From positions 22,568,001 through 22,632,000 of the forward strand of contig OZ038379.1 of NCBI GenBank assembly GCA_964036045.1: a stretch of DNA of 64,000 nt, given 5' to 3'. The notes under the pieces are model-generated. The model ran no database searches. It worked only from the letters and a program-made list of their open reading frames with translations, and had not been told where the DNA came from. Shown piece by piece: positions 20,412 through 34,700 of this stretch. The position numbers were made by a program, and so were the translations under genes. The DNA comes from Eutreptiella sp. 'Long Island Sound 2002'. Taxonomy: Eukaryota; Protista; Euglenida. Within the stretch, counting starts at the first letter, position 1, and each line of letters opens with the position of its first letter.

Positions 20412-22549
20412 ATAAGCTACACCCTTGTCCAAGCTACAGTAGGCGTAGGGACCGTAATAGTGTACGTAATTTAATTAGGTACGAAATGTAGTGTGGCCGC
20501 ATAAGACATGGGTTTGTCGTCACATTTGCCAATTTCAGCACATGTGGCCCCCTGCTGGTGCACCAGGATTTATTTTTTTTCAGTCTGATGCATCCCATAG
20601 GTCCTGAATTGCCAATTTCAGCACATGTGGCCTGCGCATGTGTGTGTCGGCAGTTGTATGTGTTGCGCGCAAGCCACGCCCTTGTCTAAGCTACAGTAGG
20701 CGTAGGGCCTGTAATAATTGTGTACATTGGCGTAGCTTATACAAGGGGGGGGGGTACAAAATTAACAACAGCAAGCCCGATCGCATGTGGACTGCCACAC
20801 TGGTGTGTCCATTCTCCCAATGGTAAAACATGGATCGCGCAGACACCATGGGCTTTTATGTAGATGTCACAGGTTGGCACCTACCAGGCATGCCTGCATA
20901 TCCTACCACAGCGGCTCCCCCAACCCCCTTGGAGCATCATCCTGCTTGACCATAAGAGTGGCCCCCTGCACAATGTAACGCAGCCTCTACACGCACAGTG
21001 ACAGTACGGGAATCGCGTACATGGGGTTTATATGTGTGCACGTGTTTCGTTTGCATTCTTGTACGTTTCCAGATGGTTTTGATGGCTCATCTACTGGATG
21101 CGTAGTAGTCGCCATGTACCGTGCACCCCGCTCTCCTCCGGGCAAAATTGCCTCGAGACAACGCGCCGCTTCGGGGGCGGCTGGTCTCGGATCCGGTACA
21201 CGGCGCATCTCAGGACCGCAGATGGGAGGGCGGGTGGCGATCGTGGATGTCGGCACAGCGCCGAAGCGTAGCAAATCCGCCCCCACATATTTGCGGCCCG
21301 TGTCTGGGTATGGCACCCACCTCAACAACATGAGGGCTTTGCGTGGGGGCCCAAGTGTTGACAGCGAAGGGGATGGCGATGGTCCCTTGGATACACAGCA
21401 GGTGGTGCCTGATCCCAGCCTCTGAGAACGCTCTATCCCTGTATCTGAATCTGATCGCGCCCGTCTCCTTTTGTGGTGGTCCACACTTGGTCGGCAGCGT
21501 TTCGCGGTCAACGAATGGCCTCTGCCGTTGATTACCGACACCGGGCCGGTACCGACTGGCCCATGAGCGGCGTTGGCTACTGCCGGCAATGAGTGGGAGG
21601 TTCTTAGGATACTATCGAAGCGGGGATTTGTCGTGTGTCTGGATCGAGGCCTGGGACGCAGTGCGCCCACCGCATTCGACAGGAAGGCATGCGAAGGCTG
21701 CGGGGAGCATCGCAAGCGCACCACCAATTCGTTGCCAACCTGCCAACTGCCATCGGTCAACATCCGTCGAATCCTTTGCATACTGTAAAATGGAGCCTCC
21801 CCGGAAGGAACCCTCCAGATCCCTAACTGCGGGTGGAGTCGATGGGCGTGGCACGATATTTTGTGACATGAGCCCCATGTCTGAGGGACATGCTAGCGCA
21901 CAACCAACGATGTCAAACACCGGGATCGAACCGACGACCTCTGGGTACGCTGTCTGCCAGCTTCGGGACCTCCGGTTTGGCTCCTGGTGCCCATCGATCG
22001 AGGATTCGTCCTCGGGCTCTTGGGTGTCGAAGGCGGGCGCGAGAGCAACTCAACCACCCCGGTGTCTCTTGAAAACGTGGTAGCCCCTGCACTTGAAGAT
22101 GTTTTGGTCTGGCCAGCTCCCTGATCTGAAGTGCGATGCTGGGGTCTTCCCAGTCAAACAAAAAGATGTGTCCCCATCCTCTCACGTCTCCTGATGTTCC
22201 GGGCCATCCCCGCTTTTAAGTCTGGGTTTTAAGATTCGCGCATCACTCGCAACCTGCACACCATTGCAAGGGTACTGGAAAGGCGGTGCAGCCTTGTCAA
22301 AGCTTTTTGTCACCCGTTAAATGCAGCCGTGGCTGCCTCTCAGCGGTTTACGGCACATTCCTCCCAAAGGTCCAGGACAGGGGCGCTGCGACCCTGACCG
22401 CCATATCAACGACCCCAGAACCAACGTAAGCACTCCCGCGTGCAGTATGAATCTGTGCGTAGTGTGATTTCTCAATGGTCGAACCTGTCCTGGAACCATA
22501 GACTTGAGGTCCAATGCCCCCTTTTCGCTCCGTGTCTCTGTCTCCACAG

Positions 22550-22749
22550 AAGTCCACTGCGCACCAGCGTGTGTACAACACCTGGAACAAGCTGCAGATG
22601 GGAGACCAGAGCAACTTCCTGCACCAGAGCGCACGTGGCATCGAGGGTGTGTTATCCCCGAAGGTTGCAAAACCCGCGAAGAGGACCGGTCCATGGCAGA
22701 TCGATGAGGTGGAGAATATCCAAGTGGAAGATAGCTACACTGGTCCTAG
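22550..22749 (+). CDS. PPEF: PPEF-like exon (pre-catalytic region)
   Basis: CAG acceptor after a pyrimidine tract; ...[13 protein letters not shown]; GTATGC donor in phase 2 matching the next exon. Confidence 0.8.
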
Positions 22750-25700
22750 GTATGCTGCCTGCAGCCTGCAATAAGGAGTGGGGGGGCGGGGGAGAGTCGA
22801 AGGGGAGTAGTCGGCCGGGGAGTGGGACGTGGCATGCGAGCCATGCTGCCAAACCGTGCCGACTGCAAGGGCAGAACTCCGTGGCCCTCCCCTGAGCTGG
22901 GAATAGGATGAAGAGCACAGGCAAGAGAGCCATAGGCAGCATCAGCAATATGGTGTAGGGCAAAAGCAAGAGCATATGGGGCAGCAAAAGGGTGCACGGC
23001 AGGGCAGGGCACGGCATAGGCAATAGGGTATAGGGCATAGGCAAGAGGTTGTAGGGCATATGCGAGAGGTAATGGGACTAGGCAAAAGGGTGTGGGACAT
23101 GGGCAAGAGCTATACAGGGGAAAGTCCCTCAAGGCCCCGTGCAGATTGATATTTTGTCCGGCAGCCAGTCAGTAAGCCAGTCAGTCGTATTCTTGCTGTA
23201 CACGAGCTTCACTTGTTTTTGGGACCTGTGCCCCCCTTCCCCTTCCCCAGCACTTCCAGAGGTGCGCACAGATCTCCACAGGTCAAGGCAGTGGCCAACA
23301 TGCCGACGGTGTCTATAGTCAGCATAGTTGGCGTCTCTTTCTGACAGATAGCGTCTACAGGCGACAAGACTACAGACAACCTCCCCCCCCCCTACACCCC
23401 TTACCCCATAACTCCCCCAGTAGCCACCGCCCCCCCCTGTACCCCCCCCCCCCCCGGCGTTGTTACCTCCCCAACGCACCTCTTGGTCAACAACGATGCC
23501 TACGATATATGTCCCACTGCTCAGGACTGTCGGTTGCTTCCTTCGGCCTCATGTTTCCAAGTGCAGCCTGGGGCTGGAAACCTGTCCCCCTTGGTCGATG
23601 GGTACAGATCCTCCACCAGCGCCACTGCTCCCCGTGCACTCCCGAAGAGTCTGTACGGCACGGACCTCGGAGCATCACCTCCGTGAAGAGACAATATTAA
23701 GGAAGGATGCCCACGGCCCCCTTCACAAAATGGATCCAAGAACAATTACCTGTGCACACGGGGATGGCGGTTCATAGGTTGTAGACATTGCTTGCTACAA
23801 GTAGACTCCTTTAGTGTGGAGTGCTCAGCCGTACTTGAGGTGCAAAGCGCCGAAGTATGGGAAAAATTTTTTTTCTAGTTGTGATGGGCGAAGCGCTGAA
23901 CTGTGTGTGGAATGCAAAGCGCCCAACCATATCCGAGGCCCGGCGGGGAGGTAGGGGAGGGGGTCGTTGATGGGGGGGAAAGGGTACAGGGGGGCGGATT
24001 TGTGGCAACTATCGATGTTCAGGGAGTCCACGTTAACCCTTTAAACTGCGCGGCCAACCCCCCGCCCCCCCGGCAATTGACCGCAACAAACAAGCAAGGC
24101 ACACAAAGCGCATAGCACTTGACACCCGTCGTACCACGCGGTAACAAACGTTCATGGGACCTTCCCGAAGTGATGGGCAAAAGAGTCTCTCGTGCCGCCT
24201 GCGCAGGTCGTCCGCGTTTCAGGCACGCACGGAATCATCTCTGCAGATGTGGCTTAGATCAATCCATTTAGATCACTGGTCTTAGCCGTAGCATCGCTTG
24301 CCGACCTTTGTGTGTCCCATCTGCAGGTTGGTGTGGCCCTTTGGGTGGAATGAGGTGATGGAGCTCGTGCAGTTCTACAAGAGCGACATCAATGCAGTCC
24401 TGCACCGGCGCTATGCCATTGCAATTCTGCTGCAGGCCCACAAGGTTATGCAGCAGAAGGTGACCAGTGCCATCGTGGACTGTGAGCTGTTATCTGGGCA
24501 GGTATGGCTTGGGCTTGGGCTTGGGCTAGAGGGTCTTAGAGGATCATATTGAGGCGTGCTCTCCGTGTGTCGACTGCCGTCACTGTCAATTGGCGTTGGT
24601 TGAATGCAAATGCAATTCTGGAACAGGGTCAAGTCCTCACAGAGCAAAAGGAGTCTGCCCCGTTCCAGAAAGACTACCGTAATGATGTCCGATACAGCCA
24701 CGCCGAATGCCACCACTGAAAAGCAGACGCACTCACTTGCGGAGTGGCAATCCAGCTTGATTGAGGGGCGATTGTGGATTGCAGACCATGTGGAACAATC
24801 TCCCCATCCCCTGTTTACCCGCAGTTCCCCCGCTTCTGCGCCCAATCGCTGCCCCCGCCCCATTGGCAACTGTGAGCAGTGGGGCAGACATTCCACTCTC
24901 ATCCGCTGGAAACCACACGGTATTCGGCGGGTTGCACTCTATTTCTTGACTCCGCGCTCCACCGCTCTGTGCGGGGCGCTTCCTCGTGGGAGGGGACGTG
25001 GGATCGACCCGAATCGTCCTGGTGGGGCATTCCATCCCGACGACGGAGTGCGAGTGTTTTGATGGTTGGGGTGCTGTGGGCTCTAGCGCAGGCCGCCATG
25101 CATGGTGCCACCATTGCTTCGTCTGTGTGGAGATACGCCAAGTGCAGGACGGGTCGGCAGTAGACGCTGTGGTGGCTGCCAACCGCCTGAGCCACGGTGG
25201 AACAGGCCGAGGTGAGTTTGACTTTCCGTTGGACAAGTTGGTTTAGGAGCTGTATGTATGTGTCCTCGCCATTCAGCAGATGGCTGGGGCGACGTTTGCC
25301 AATGCTGACGTCCGTTTTTCTCCTGATCCCTTCATTTCTGGAACACGCCCCTGAGGCGCGCCGTACGCGCAGATCTGCCTGATGCGCTTAGCCTCGGACT
25401 TCCAGGTACGAACCCTTCGGAGGCTGTGTTTGAGTGCAAATACATCAACGAAGACGTTCCACTCACACACACAAAAATGCCCCGCCACCCACCCACCCAC
25501 CCACCCACCCTCCCCTCAGAGGTGACCTGGGCCAACAAAAGCCGGTCACACAAAAGACACAGCACTGCACACCGAGGGTATCACACCGTGCCTACCAGCC
25601 TTTAGGGGACCCCCCCCCCCCTCAGTGTTTTCCAGGCGTTCCGTTTCCCCTGTTTTCCCTCTGGGCCCAGTGCGCAACGTCTCTGGGCAGACCTTCGGAA

Positions 25701-28700
25701 ATTTTGCCCCGTACTTCCGAGTGCCGCGGTAGCCAAGGTCTGGAACCAGGCTTCTGAGGGGTCCTCTCTTCCCGCCCAAGGGGGGGGGGGCGAACGGGTG
25801 CGTGCTGCGCTGTTTGCGGATGCAATGCCGAGCACGATGTCCATCTGCAGACGTTGAACATCTGCGGCGACACCCATGGGCAGTTACACGACGTGCTCTG
25901 GATATTCCATTTGCACGGGTACCCGAGCGAAAGGAACATTTACGTGTTCAACGGCGACATCGCGGACCGTGGGGAACAGGCCACGCAGATCTACTTCATC
26001 CTCTTCGCCATTATGCTGGTGCAGCCCAATTGTGTGTACATCAACCGGGGCAATCACGAGGTGCCCGTTGCTGCCCTGTCCCTTGCCCCTACTGACACCC
26101 CCACCCGCTCCTTTACCCCCATCGCTGTGATCTCAGGCTTTCGGTACTGCCCCCCCCCCCCCCCCGAGCCACCTCTTGGGCCTTGCTGAGGAATGGGCTG
26201 TGCAGTCGGCAAATCGACTGAGTGCCGTGCTCGCCGGGCTTACGCCAGCGGCCGTCGGTCGCCTTCCTACTGCCGTCTGCCCTCGCGCGTTGAGCGCCAA
26301 ACAGCACAACCGGACCACGTTCTGACCGCCGCGTTGGCGGAACGCCATCACCTCAGGCCCACCAAATGGCAGTACCCTATTTCTTTTGTGAGCACCAAAC
26401 AGCACATCCTCCGCCGCTCGCTTCCCTCCAGCTGCTGGGTCCATGACGGTTGTCGGAGCCTGGCCCTCCAGCCCATCACTCATACCTTCGCCGCGTCCGC
26501 AGGATTGCGAGATGAACGAGCTCCCCCTCTTCGCTGGCGGAGGATTTGCCAAAGAAGTGCGCCGAAAGTACGGCGGCCGCACCTTCGCCCTGTTTCAAGA
26601 GCTGTTCAATCTGCTGCCTCTTGCGCAGATCGTCAACAAAGAGCTCTTCATAGTACATGGGGGCCTCCCGCGCCACGTGGGCGTCAAGCTGGAGCACATT
26701 CGGGGGCTGGACTACCACCGCCAGCCGCCGTGTCCCAATTCGTACCCCAATTCCATATTCTTCGATATGCTCTGGTCCGATCCCGCCGTCGGCGAAGGGC
26801 TGAAGGCCTCGCGTCGCGGCCCTTTCTGTGTGAACTTCGGGCGAGACATCACTCATCGCTTTTTGGGTGTGTACATTCCGTCAGTGTCTCGTGTCTGACG
26901 GCCCCTCTTGCGGTTGGCGGAAAAGCGGGCCCTGATTCGGAGGAGGGATGATCTTGGGGAGTAGGCGCATCCCCCGAGTTGTGGAGTGTGATTACTGTGC
27001 ATGACACAGACCTTTCCCCTCCCCTCCGACCTTGCCCCCTGGCCCCTCCGCTGTCAGCCCCTCACCAGCCCTGAAAAAGGTAAGATTTTCTGATAACTTG
27101 TTTCCTGCAACATAAATGCGTCAAAACTGTCAGTGCGACGTGCTGATCATTTTGGCATACATCGCTTGGGGTATCCCGGACCGCCTGACAGCTTCCCCTC
27201 CCCTCCCCTCCTCCGCCTCTGCCCCTCCCCCCGTTGGGTTGCTGGCGACCTGATGGATGATCGGCCTGCGACATTGGGCAGCCATGTGAGAAGCAAATAT
27301 GGCGGCGCTGTGTGCCCCATGGGCCGTTGAACGCAATCCAATCGGAGTTCCAGCCTATGGCCCATGATGGGGTAGCGCCTTGTCAGTAGCTTCTGAACCA
27401 ACACCAGGTTTTAATGCACTGCCCACTGGCGGTTCATGCGGGATTGTCACATTTTGTTTGCGTCTGCCACGCGCACAAAATGTGTTGTGGTTGTGGGCGC
27501 ATCGCCCTCGCTGGCTGGGGCTGGGGCTACCGAGAAGCATGCACGGCCTCCTGACCCCTTCCATCCCATGAGTCTGTGGTGACCCCGTCCCTCACTGGCC
27601 ATTGCGACGTCCCTGTGCCAGATGACAATGGCCTCGCGGTGTGTGTGCGCTCTCATGAAGTCCCTAACACTCTACGGGGATTCGAGGTCCAGCACGACAA
27701 TCGCATGATCACTGTGTTCTCCGCCTCCAATTATTGTGGCAGCACCGGCAATTTCGGTGCAGTGTTACGGTATGGACCTTCCCTTCTGACTGCTCCCCCT
27801 TTCATGCCTCCCTCAACCCCATTGGCCTTGTGTTTCATTCCCCACGCGGCGGAATCCTTCAAACTTGGCCATGAAGCCTGTCGGCACCTAGGGGGGATCT
27901 CCATGCAAAAAGACCTATTCACAGACATCCGCATCTCCATCCCCATGTGCATCCCCATCCCAGACATCCCTGTTGACCATTCACATTCCCGTTTCCATCT
28001 GCACAAACACTAATGTACACGAGGAACCAGAAATGGCTGTAAAACAGAATTGAACATACCTGCATCTACTGCTACATCCATCAAGGATGCACGGGTTGCC
28101 GTGGATGGTATGCTGCATCTTGCGAATCGATACCCTGTCTGGCCTGTCAGGCATCTTAAATCTAATATTATGTGACCTGTTGCAACCGCTTTCACCATTA
28201 TTCAACTTATCTCGTGCTCCAGAGCCAGACCTGTCAAGGCTAAGTTCCATGGGAATGTGCGCACAAAAATTTGCTCATGCCCAAGCCAAGCATCAACATT
28301 GCCACAACCAAGCATCGGCGCAAGCACGTTCCATAAGGAGTCCAGTGATCACATGGAAGCCACTCCCGGCACTAGATGCTTTGCTGCCCTGTTCGCTTGG
28401 GCTGCTGGGCCCCGTCTTGGTCATTGGCGTTTGTCTGTGACACTGCAGCCGCTCGATGGTGAGTGAGCGCCCCGTTGGTGAACTTGATGCAGGTTTTGGT
28501 ACCTCATTGGCCTACTATGCTTGTCAAGCCTATTTTTTTTGGTATCTATTTCACCACAACCAATGTTGCTTCCTGAACCGTGGCACTGCGGCAGTGCATG
28601 GAAGGAGTTCCACTGCCCACTGCCCACAGGCAGTGAAGGAGTGAAGCGGTCCGCTGAAGGACAACTACCCACTGCCCTCGGGCAGTGCGGCAGAGCACAG

Positions 28701-31700
28701 AAGGAGTCCCACTGTCCGCTGCCCTAGGGGTGTGCGGCAGTGTGCGGCAGTGCACAGCAAGAGTTCTGCAAGAGTTCTGCAGTGTATAGGAGGAGCCCTG
28801 CTGCCCACTGCCCACTGCCCATTGCAGGTGGCGGTATACCGCAGGATCCCCACTGCCCATTGCCCGACGCCGTGTGGCAATATCAAAATATACTAAAGGA
28901 TCTCAGCAACCCAAATGCCGGCCTCATCATAGCCTGACCAGGCCCTGCGGCATAAAGGCCCGGACCTCGTTAGAACTTCGGTGGCAACATCAGGTAGAGG
29001 ACAAGGCCTCCGCAGGGCAGTCCTGGACAGCTGCCGCCCAGCGCCAGAGAGGGTGACAGCCCTCTGCCACCGGTGCACAACACACTACACAAAGCGCACA
29101 TTTAGACACACAGCCCTCCCGTTTTGCATTACCCGTATGCAAGGCATCCCGGCCATTGCCATTTGGTAATAGCGCCTTCGGCACACCACACCACACTACA
29201 CCACACCACACCACACCACACCACACCACACCCTGAGTACTCCCCAGCCCTGCCCATGGGCTGGGTACTGGGTGCGAAGCCCACATGACAGGGTCTGGGC
29301 ACGCCCTCGAGCGGTGTACTAACAGTGTCAAGTGTACGCACGCACCAGCGCTAAGCACTAGCCACGGGATGCTGCGGCCCCCTAGTACCGGCTGCATACG
29401 GGTCAACAACTTTGCGACAAAGGCACCCCACTAACCACCAAGCCTTTGGGTTTCCAACGATTTGATGGTTGGACCTGCCGTTATCAGTCCCTAAGTGTGC
29501 TGCAGCAATTGTTGCAGATGGACCCCTAGTACTAATTTGGGCAAGTTCATTGCTGAACGCATGTTGCCAACCTTTGTGACACATGTTCAAGACAGTGTGA
29601 ATGGCGGTGCCATGCTCCCCTTTTTTGGTGTCCATTGCCTCTCCCCTCTCACTTCTGTTACAACAACTGGCCTATCGTACGGTGCGTTTTTTAGGTACAG
29701 TGTGTGCATACAATATTCGTTGGTTTCCCCTCAACCCCTTCCTCTCCTCTAGCCTCTGATCATCAAACCAATAGACCCTCACCAATCAACTAATCTCTGC
29801 TAACCTTTTGTTTGTTTGCCCCTTCCTTCTCTATTTAACCCTATAGACCCTAACCAACCAACTAATCTGTTGTACACTTGCTACTTGCGGTGTATCCAAT
29901 GCCCACCCATTGGTCTCCCCTCCTATCCTTGTTATCATCCATCTGCTACAGCTCCATTGCCTTGCCCATGCTTGGAGTACCCACAATGTCTGTGGGAGTG
30001 AGTTTGCCTCACTTCACCTCCCCAAGTAGCAATGGCGGTCAAATTTGATTTTTTGCCCTCAGCACTTGTGCTGACACTGAAAAAGAAATTCTGGGGGTAC
30101 ACTTGCATTGACACTCAAAAAAAAATAATAAACATATTTTTTTCTTCTGAGTGTCACGTGAGTGTACTCGCGTGACACTTCCCCCATTTTGTTGCATGGT
30201 CTTGGAGAAACCTGTGTCAGCTGTTTGGCTTTGTGTGGACTTCAGTGTTAAGAGTCTTCTTCTCCTTGTGCACCATTCATTTGCTGTGCCCTCAGAATGC
30301 CATGATTTCCACACACCACGATGTGCCTCGGCATTATCTTATTGTATTTGTTCGACTTTTGTGGAGGGTAGTTTACCAACAAATCTTCGAGGGTAGTTTA
30401 CCAACAAATCTTCATCGTTGCACCAGTTTCACTGCACCATTGCTGATGATGTGGTGGGCCTGCACTACAACTGCGCATTACCATCTCCACTGCCATCTCC
30501 ATCTCTATCCCAATCCCCAAGCCCTTCCCCTTTTCCGTCCCCCTCCTCCTCCCCATTCCAATACACATCTCCTCACCACGTTCACATTTCGACCCTCATT
30601 CCAGGTTCCGCCTCAAATCCGATGTGCCTCTGAATGAAACCACGAACAGCAATGTCAGTCTTGACAGTAGCGTCTTGGATTCCTCTTCCCTCTCCCTGAA
30701 CTCCGTTGGCAGCGACAGCCCTCCTGGCCCTCCTTTGCCGTCTGGCACCCAGAGCCCGGTCGCAAAGAACTCACGTACCTCTCCCAATGCAAAAGCAAAG
30801 GTCTGTACTACACTATGTCGAATGGATCGTTGCTATTCTTTCATCGCTCACTACCTGTGTTGACACGGCCCAATTGAACTTAGAATCATGCGTCTCAATA
30901 ATACCTCATCCGCCTGATTGTTGTATGGAATGAGAACATCTTTGGTCCAAAAAGGGACGCTTGGTTGGGGGAGGGGGGAGGGGTGGTGCTTCTACCCTGT
31001 TCCATCCAAATGTATGTGCGTGCGTGCGTGTGTGTGTTTGTGTGTGTGTGTTGAAGCTTGACACAAGAAAGCTCTGACGTGTAGTCGTAATGATGTTCTG
31101 GCCCCAGTGAAGCCAGTGAAGCCCGGAATCGACATACCTACCCTGTCAGCGTCTTCACGGAACAGGACGTTTGATGTTGGGCTTCCTCCAAAGGCATTGC
31201 CAGCCAATGTGCAGTATGAAAGTGGCGGCAAGTTATTCCTCATGAAGGCGGCCTTGATGCCGCCAGAGGTATTGAGCGCCACTTGTCACTGCCGGGAGTG
31301 TGCAGAATCTGTGTGTACCTCAGGAAAGGTCCAGACGCGCCGGCACAAGTGTGGGTATTGTGGGAGAGTTCAGATGAGGGCTTGCAATGAGAGTACCCAT
31401 GATTTCTTGTTCGTCGCTGGATGGCCAACTACCGCTGGTTAACCATTGATTTGCTGGTGGCAAATTATCAGCTAAAGGCCGTTCACCACCACTCGCTGCC
31501 GGTGGAGCATCGACCGCCGTCGATCAATTTACCACTGGGCCCCTTTTTCAGGTCAGGGCCAGCCCTTCGTGGACAGACGGGGGAGACCGTTTGACGAGCA
31601 CCAAGGCGCAGGGGCAGGAGGGAAGAGATCCCTGTGCCGCGAAGGATCTTGCGCCGTGCGGTAATACCTACGTGCGGGGAAGCTGGGTGGTGTGTGCATG

Positions 31701-34700
31701 TTGGACGTGTACTCTTTGTATGTACCACAATATGTGAGCGTAGTTGTGCCTGCTGGCCCTTTGGTGTGCTCCTGACGGCTGGCTCGATTGTGCCTGCTGA
31801 ACATCGCCTGTGTACCTGTTCCTGTACCCAGCAGCAATACCAACATGCCAAGTTTTCTGTTGCGGGAGGGGCAATGGAGCTGGTGCTATTTCAGCTGCGC
31901 TTTGGTTCTCACTCTGGCCCATGCCTGTATTGTAGTTCATTTTGCAGCACAGACGCTACGAGCGGATAGTCTAGAAAGGCCGTCTTCGTTCCGGGGCGTG
32001 CCGTCCCCAACCAACGGTGCTTGGTGGTTCACTCACGCAATGGCAAGTATTCGATTGCGTATGACAGGCACCCGACGGCCCGGTGATGTTTGAGGACATT
32101 TGCTTAAAGTAAGGCTGTAGCGCGGCCAGCAGCTGTTGAGTGTTGTTTAGCCGAGCCGACTGCTTGGCTTCCTCCCATTTCCGTGCGAACCGTGAAACTA
32201 ACAATCAATTGGACTCTCCCTTCATGCTTTCGCCCACAGAGCCCCAGCCGCGCTGGCGCCGGAAGCCCTCACCTCCCGCCCCTCTTGAGCACGGTCCGCC
32301 TCGGTGCCAGTGGGCGGCAGGTCGGCATCATGTCGTCACCCGCTATGTCCCCTATCACCAACCAGCAGCTGCCACTGTCCTCCTTGCAACAATTGGAGTG
32401 CACTGCCCATGAGCACTGGGCCCCGGCGTTGGCGGAATTCCCCTCTGAGACGTCGTCCACGTTGATAGAGTTCGGGGAGCAGCAGCGGTTGGCTGCCGAG
32501 CGGGCGGCCACCAGCACACCTCGGGGACACCACAAGATGAAGCTGGAGATTTTGGACAAGGTATCAGGGTTCCAAGGGTGGATGAAGACCTCTGAGCGCA
32601 TGGGCAGATCCAACAAACAAGTTCAAGCAAATGTAGTATCGGGATTTTCCACAGTGCACCGAAATTTGTTTCGGTTCGGGCGCACTTCACATAGGGTGTG
32701 CACAAAAGCGTACGCTTACAAAGCCCCAGCAATGAACTGTCGAACAGGCACTCTGCAAGGCTAACTTCAAATACAGCACAATTTGAACAGCCTTCGCTTG
32801 TTTTTTCTTTGCTGTGGTACCACAGTGAAATGGGGAATCTTAGTGATCATTACACTGGCTTCAAGTCCATGCTGCAGCCGTAGATGTTGTGTAATGCCGT
32901 AAGTCTTCCCAATCTGGGTTTTGCAGTGCAGGCAATACGGCGTGTCGTGGGCTACACCGACAATTAAATGGAACAAACGCAATGTGTGTACCCCTGCCCT
33001 CCACATGGCTTGTCCAAAAGCTACGTTCGACACTGCCTTTCTGCGCCCGGGGACCCTGGGGATCTGTAGCCTTGGTTGGCCACCGCTCAGAACCCACACC
33101 ACCCGTTCTTTCTGGTGATCCTTGGTGGACCGGGGCCCATGACGGCGGTGGCCTGTGTGTCTCCGTCCAGGCAACCGCGTTCTTGGAGGTGTCCCATGAT
33201 GTGCGACATGGTTTCGCAGTCCCGAACATTGTACAGCCGGACATGAAGATCCCCTTCCTTTCCCAACCTCCACCACCACTTGCCACCTCAATTAGGAGCT
33301 CATCGACAAAAGACTGGATTTGGTAGTAGGCAGTGTGTCGCCTGGTACGCAGGAAAGCACAGATGGTCTGTTGGTACACCCGTGACACCTCCTGCATGGA
33401 GGCCGTCAGCCATGAGTCCCTGGTACGGAAGTAGTAGTACGCCGCCCATGTCTCAAAGTGCTGGAATTCAATCTGAAGGTGGTGCCACCTGCCACGCCTG
33501 CAAAGCGTGCAGCCCACATGCTCTATTGTGAAGTCTATGACTTCCTTCATGAGAGACAAGACACATCAACCAATTAGTCTTTGTGCTGCAATGTCCCTCA
33601 TCTTCCCCCCCCCCCCCCTGCACGCAAGGCACTCATCGGAAAACACCTGACACAAGTGAATGTCTACTTCTGGTTCGAAGTACCTGCTTCTACGTGGTGG
33701 AAAGATGTTTTGTGGAAGTACTTGCTTCTACGTGGATTTAGCTGCTTCTAAGTGCGTAGCGGCCTACATGTAGTGGTACCTGATTTCATTTCGAAGCATC
33801 TACTGCTGCTCAGAAGTACCCGCTTAGACTTGGCAGTACCTACTGCTATGTGGGGTTATTTGTTGCTTCGTGGAAGACCCTACTTCCGCCTGGAAGTACC
33901 TTTTCCTCCGCAGAAGGTGACACCTGCCACAGGGAAGCTCGTTGACCCATAGGCCCACGTGGGGAGACGCGAGCCAATATTGGACACTAGAGCACAACCC
34001 CTTGTGTGCCCGGGAGTCAGTCCGCGCAGAAACAAACCAAGGCCCATGAACGGTGAGCAGCAGCAACACTGTACCGCCAACCACCGGCCGCCCACAGCCC
34101 CGGAGGCACGCCCCGTGACACACAACCAAATGCGTTATACCGCAAGTATCGACCCGCGCACCTGCCACCTTTGATGGTTTACCCTTCCACAACAATCAGG
34201 GGAAAGGTTTCCAGTCCCACCAGACGAGGCCCAAAGAAACAAGTGGCAATCTTGGCTGGTCTGACAAACATTCCACTCCCACCCACAAACCTGCACCCCC
34301 TCTGCCACCATTGGCCTCGAACTCCCCGCTCCTTCCCACAAACCGCTTAGATGAATGACAGCTGGTCAACAGACATGGCACTGGAAACTGGTTGTACTAC
34401 ACCCTGCCTCACTGGACCCCCCCCCCCCTCCCCTGGGTGGGTTTGATGGAGTGCTCAGTGACTTGCGGCCAGTCAGCATCTCAAACGATGGCTCTGGGAA
34501 TCAGAGCACGCCTGCTGGAGGGTCTGACCGTATGCCTGCCGGGCTTTCCCTTGTGCCCTTGTGCCCCCTCCTCAGTCATCCCCCCCCCACCCCCTCGTCA
34601 AAGCAGAAGAACCGATAAGACCAGAATGCCACAATTTTCTCATCGCCCATCTTTGTTTGGCTCAGGTGCGTGCGCGGATTGTTGAGAAGAAGCAGGAGTT

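Larger units (their letters stand above)
18676..20754. mobile_element. MITE with poly(C)-led TIRs and TA flanks (Tc1/mariner-like), interrupted by a LINE fragment
   Basis: TA|C13-TTGTATAAGCTA ... TAGCTTATACAA-G10|TA. Confidence 0.75.

Noticed and set aside
21915-21950. tRNA B-box-like sequence on the minus strand (GGTTCGATCCC); a similar one at ~42545-42570
   Set aside because: No acceptor stem, D-arm or A-box; at most a SINE remnant.
28447-28460. Possible 10-nt micro-exon (CAG|CCGCTCGATG|GTGAGT) in a PPEF intron
   Set aside because: It would end in phase 0, while the next well-supported exon (30605) needs phase 2; direct joining of 27769 to 30605 already works.
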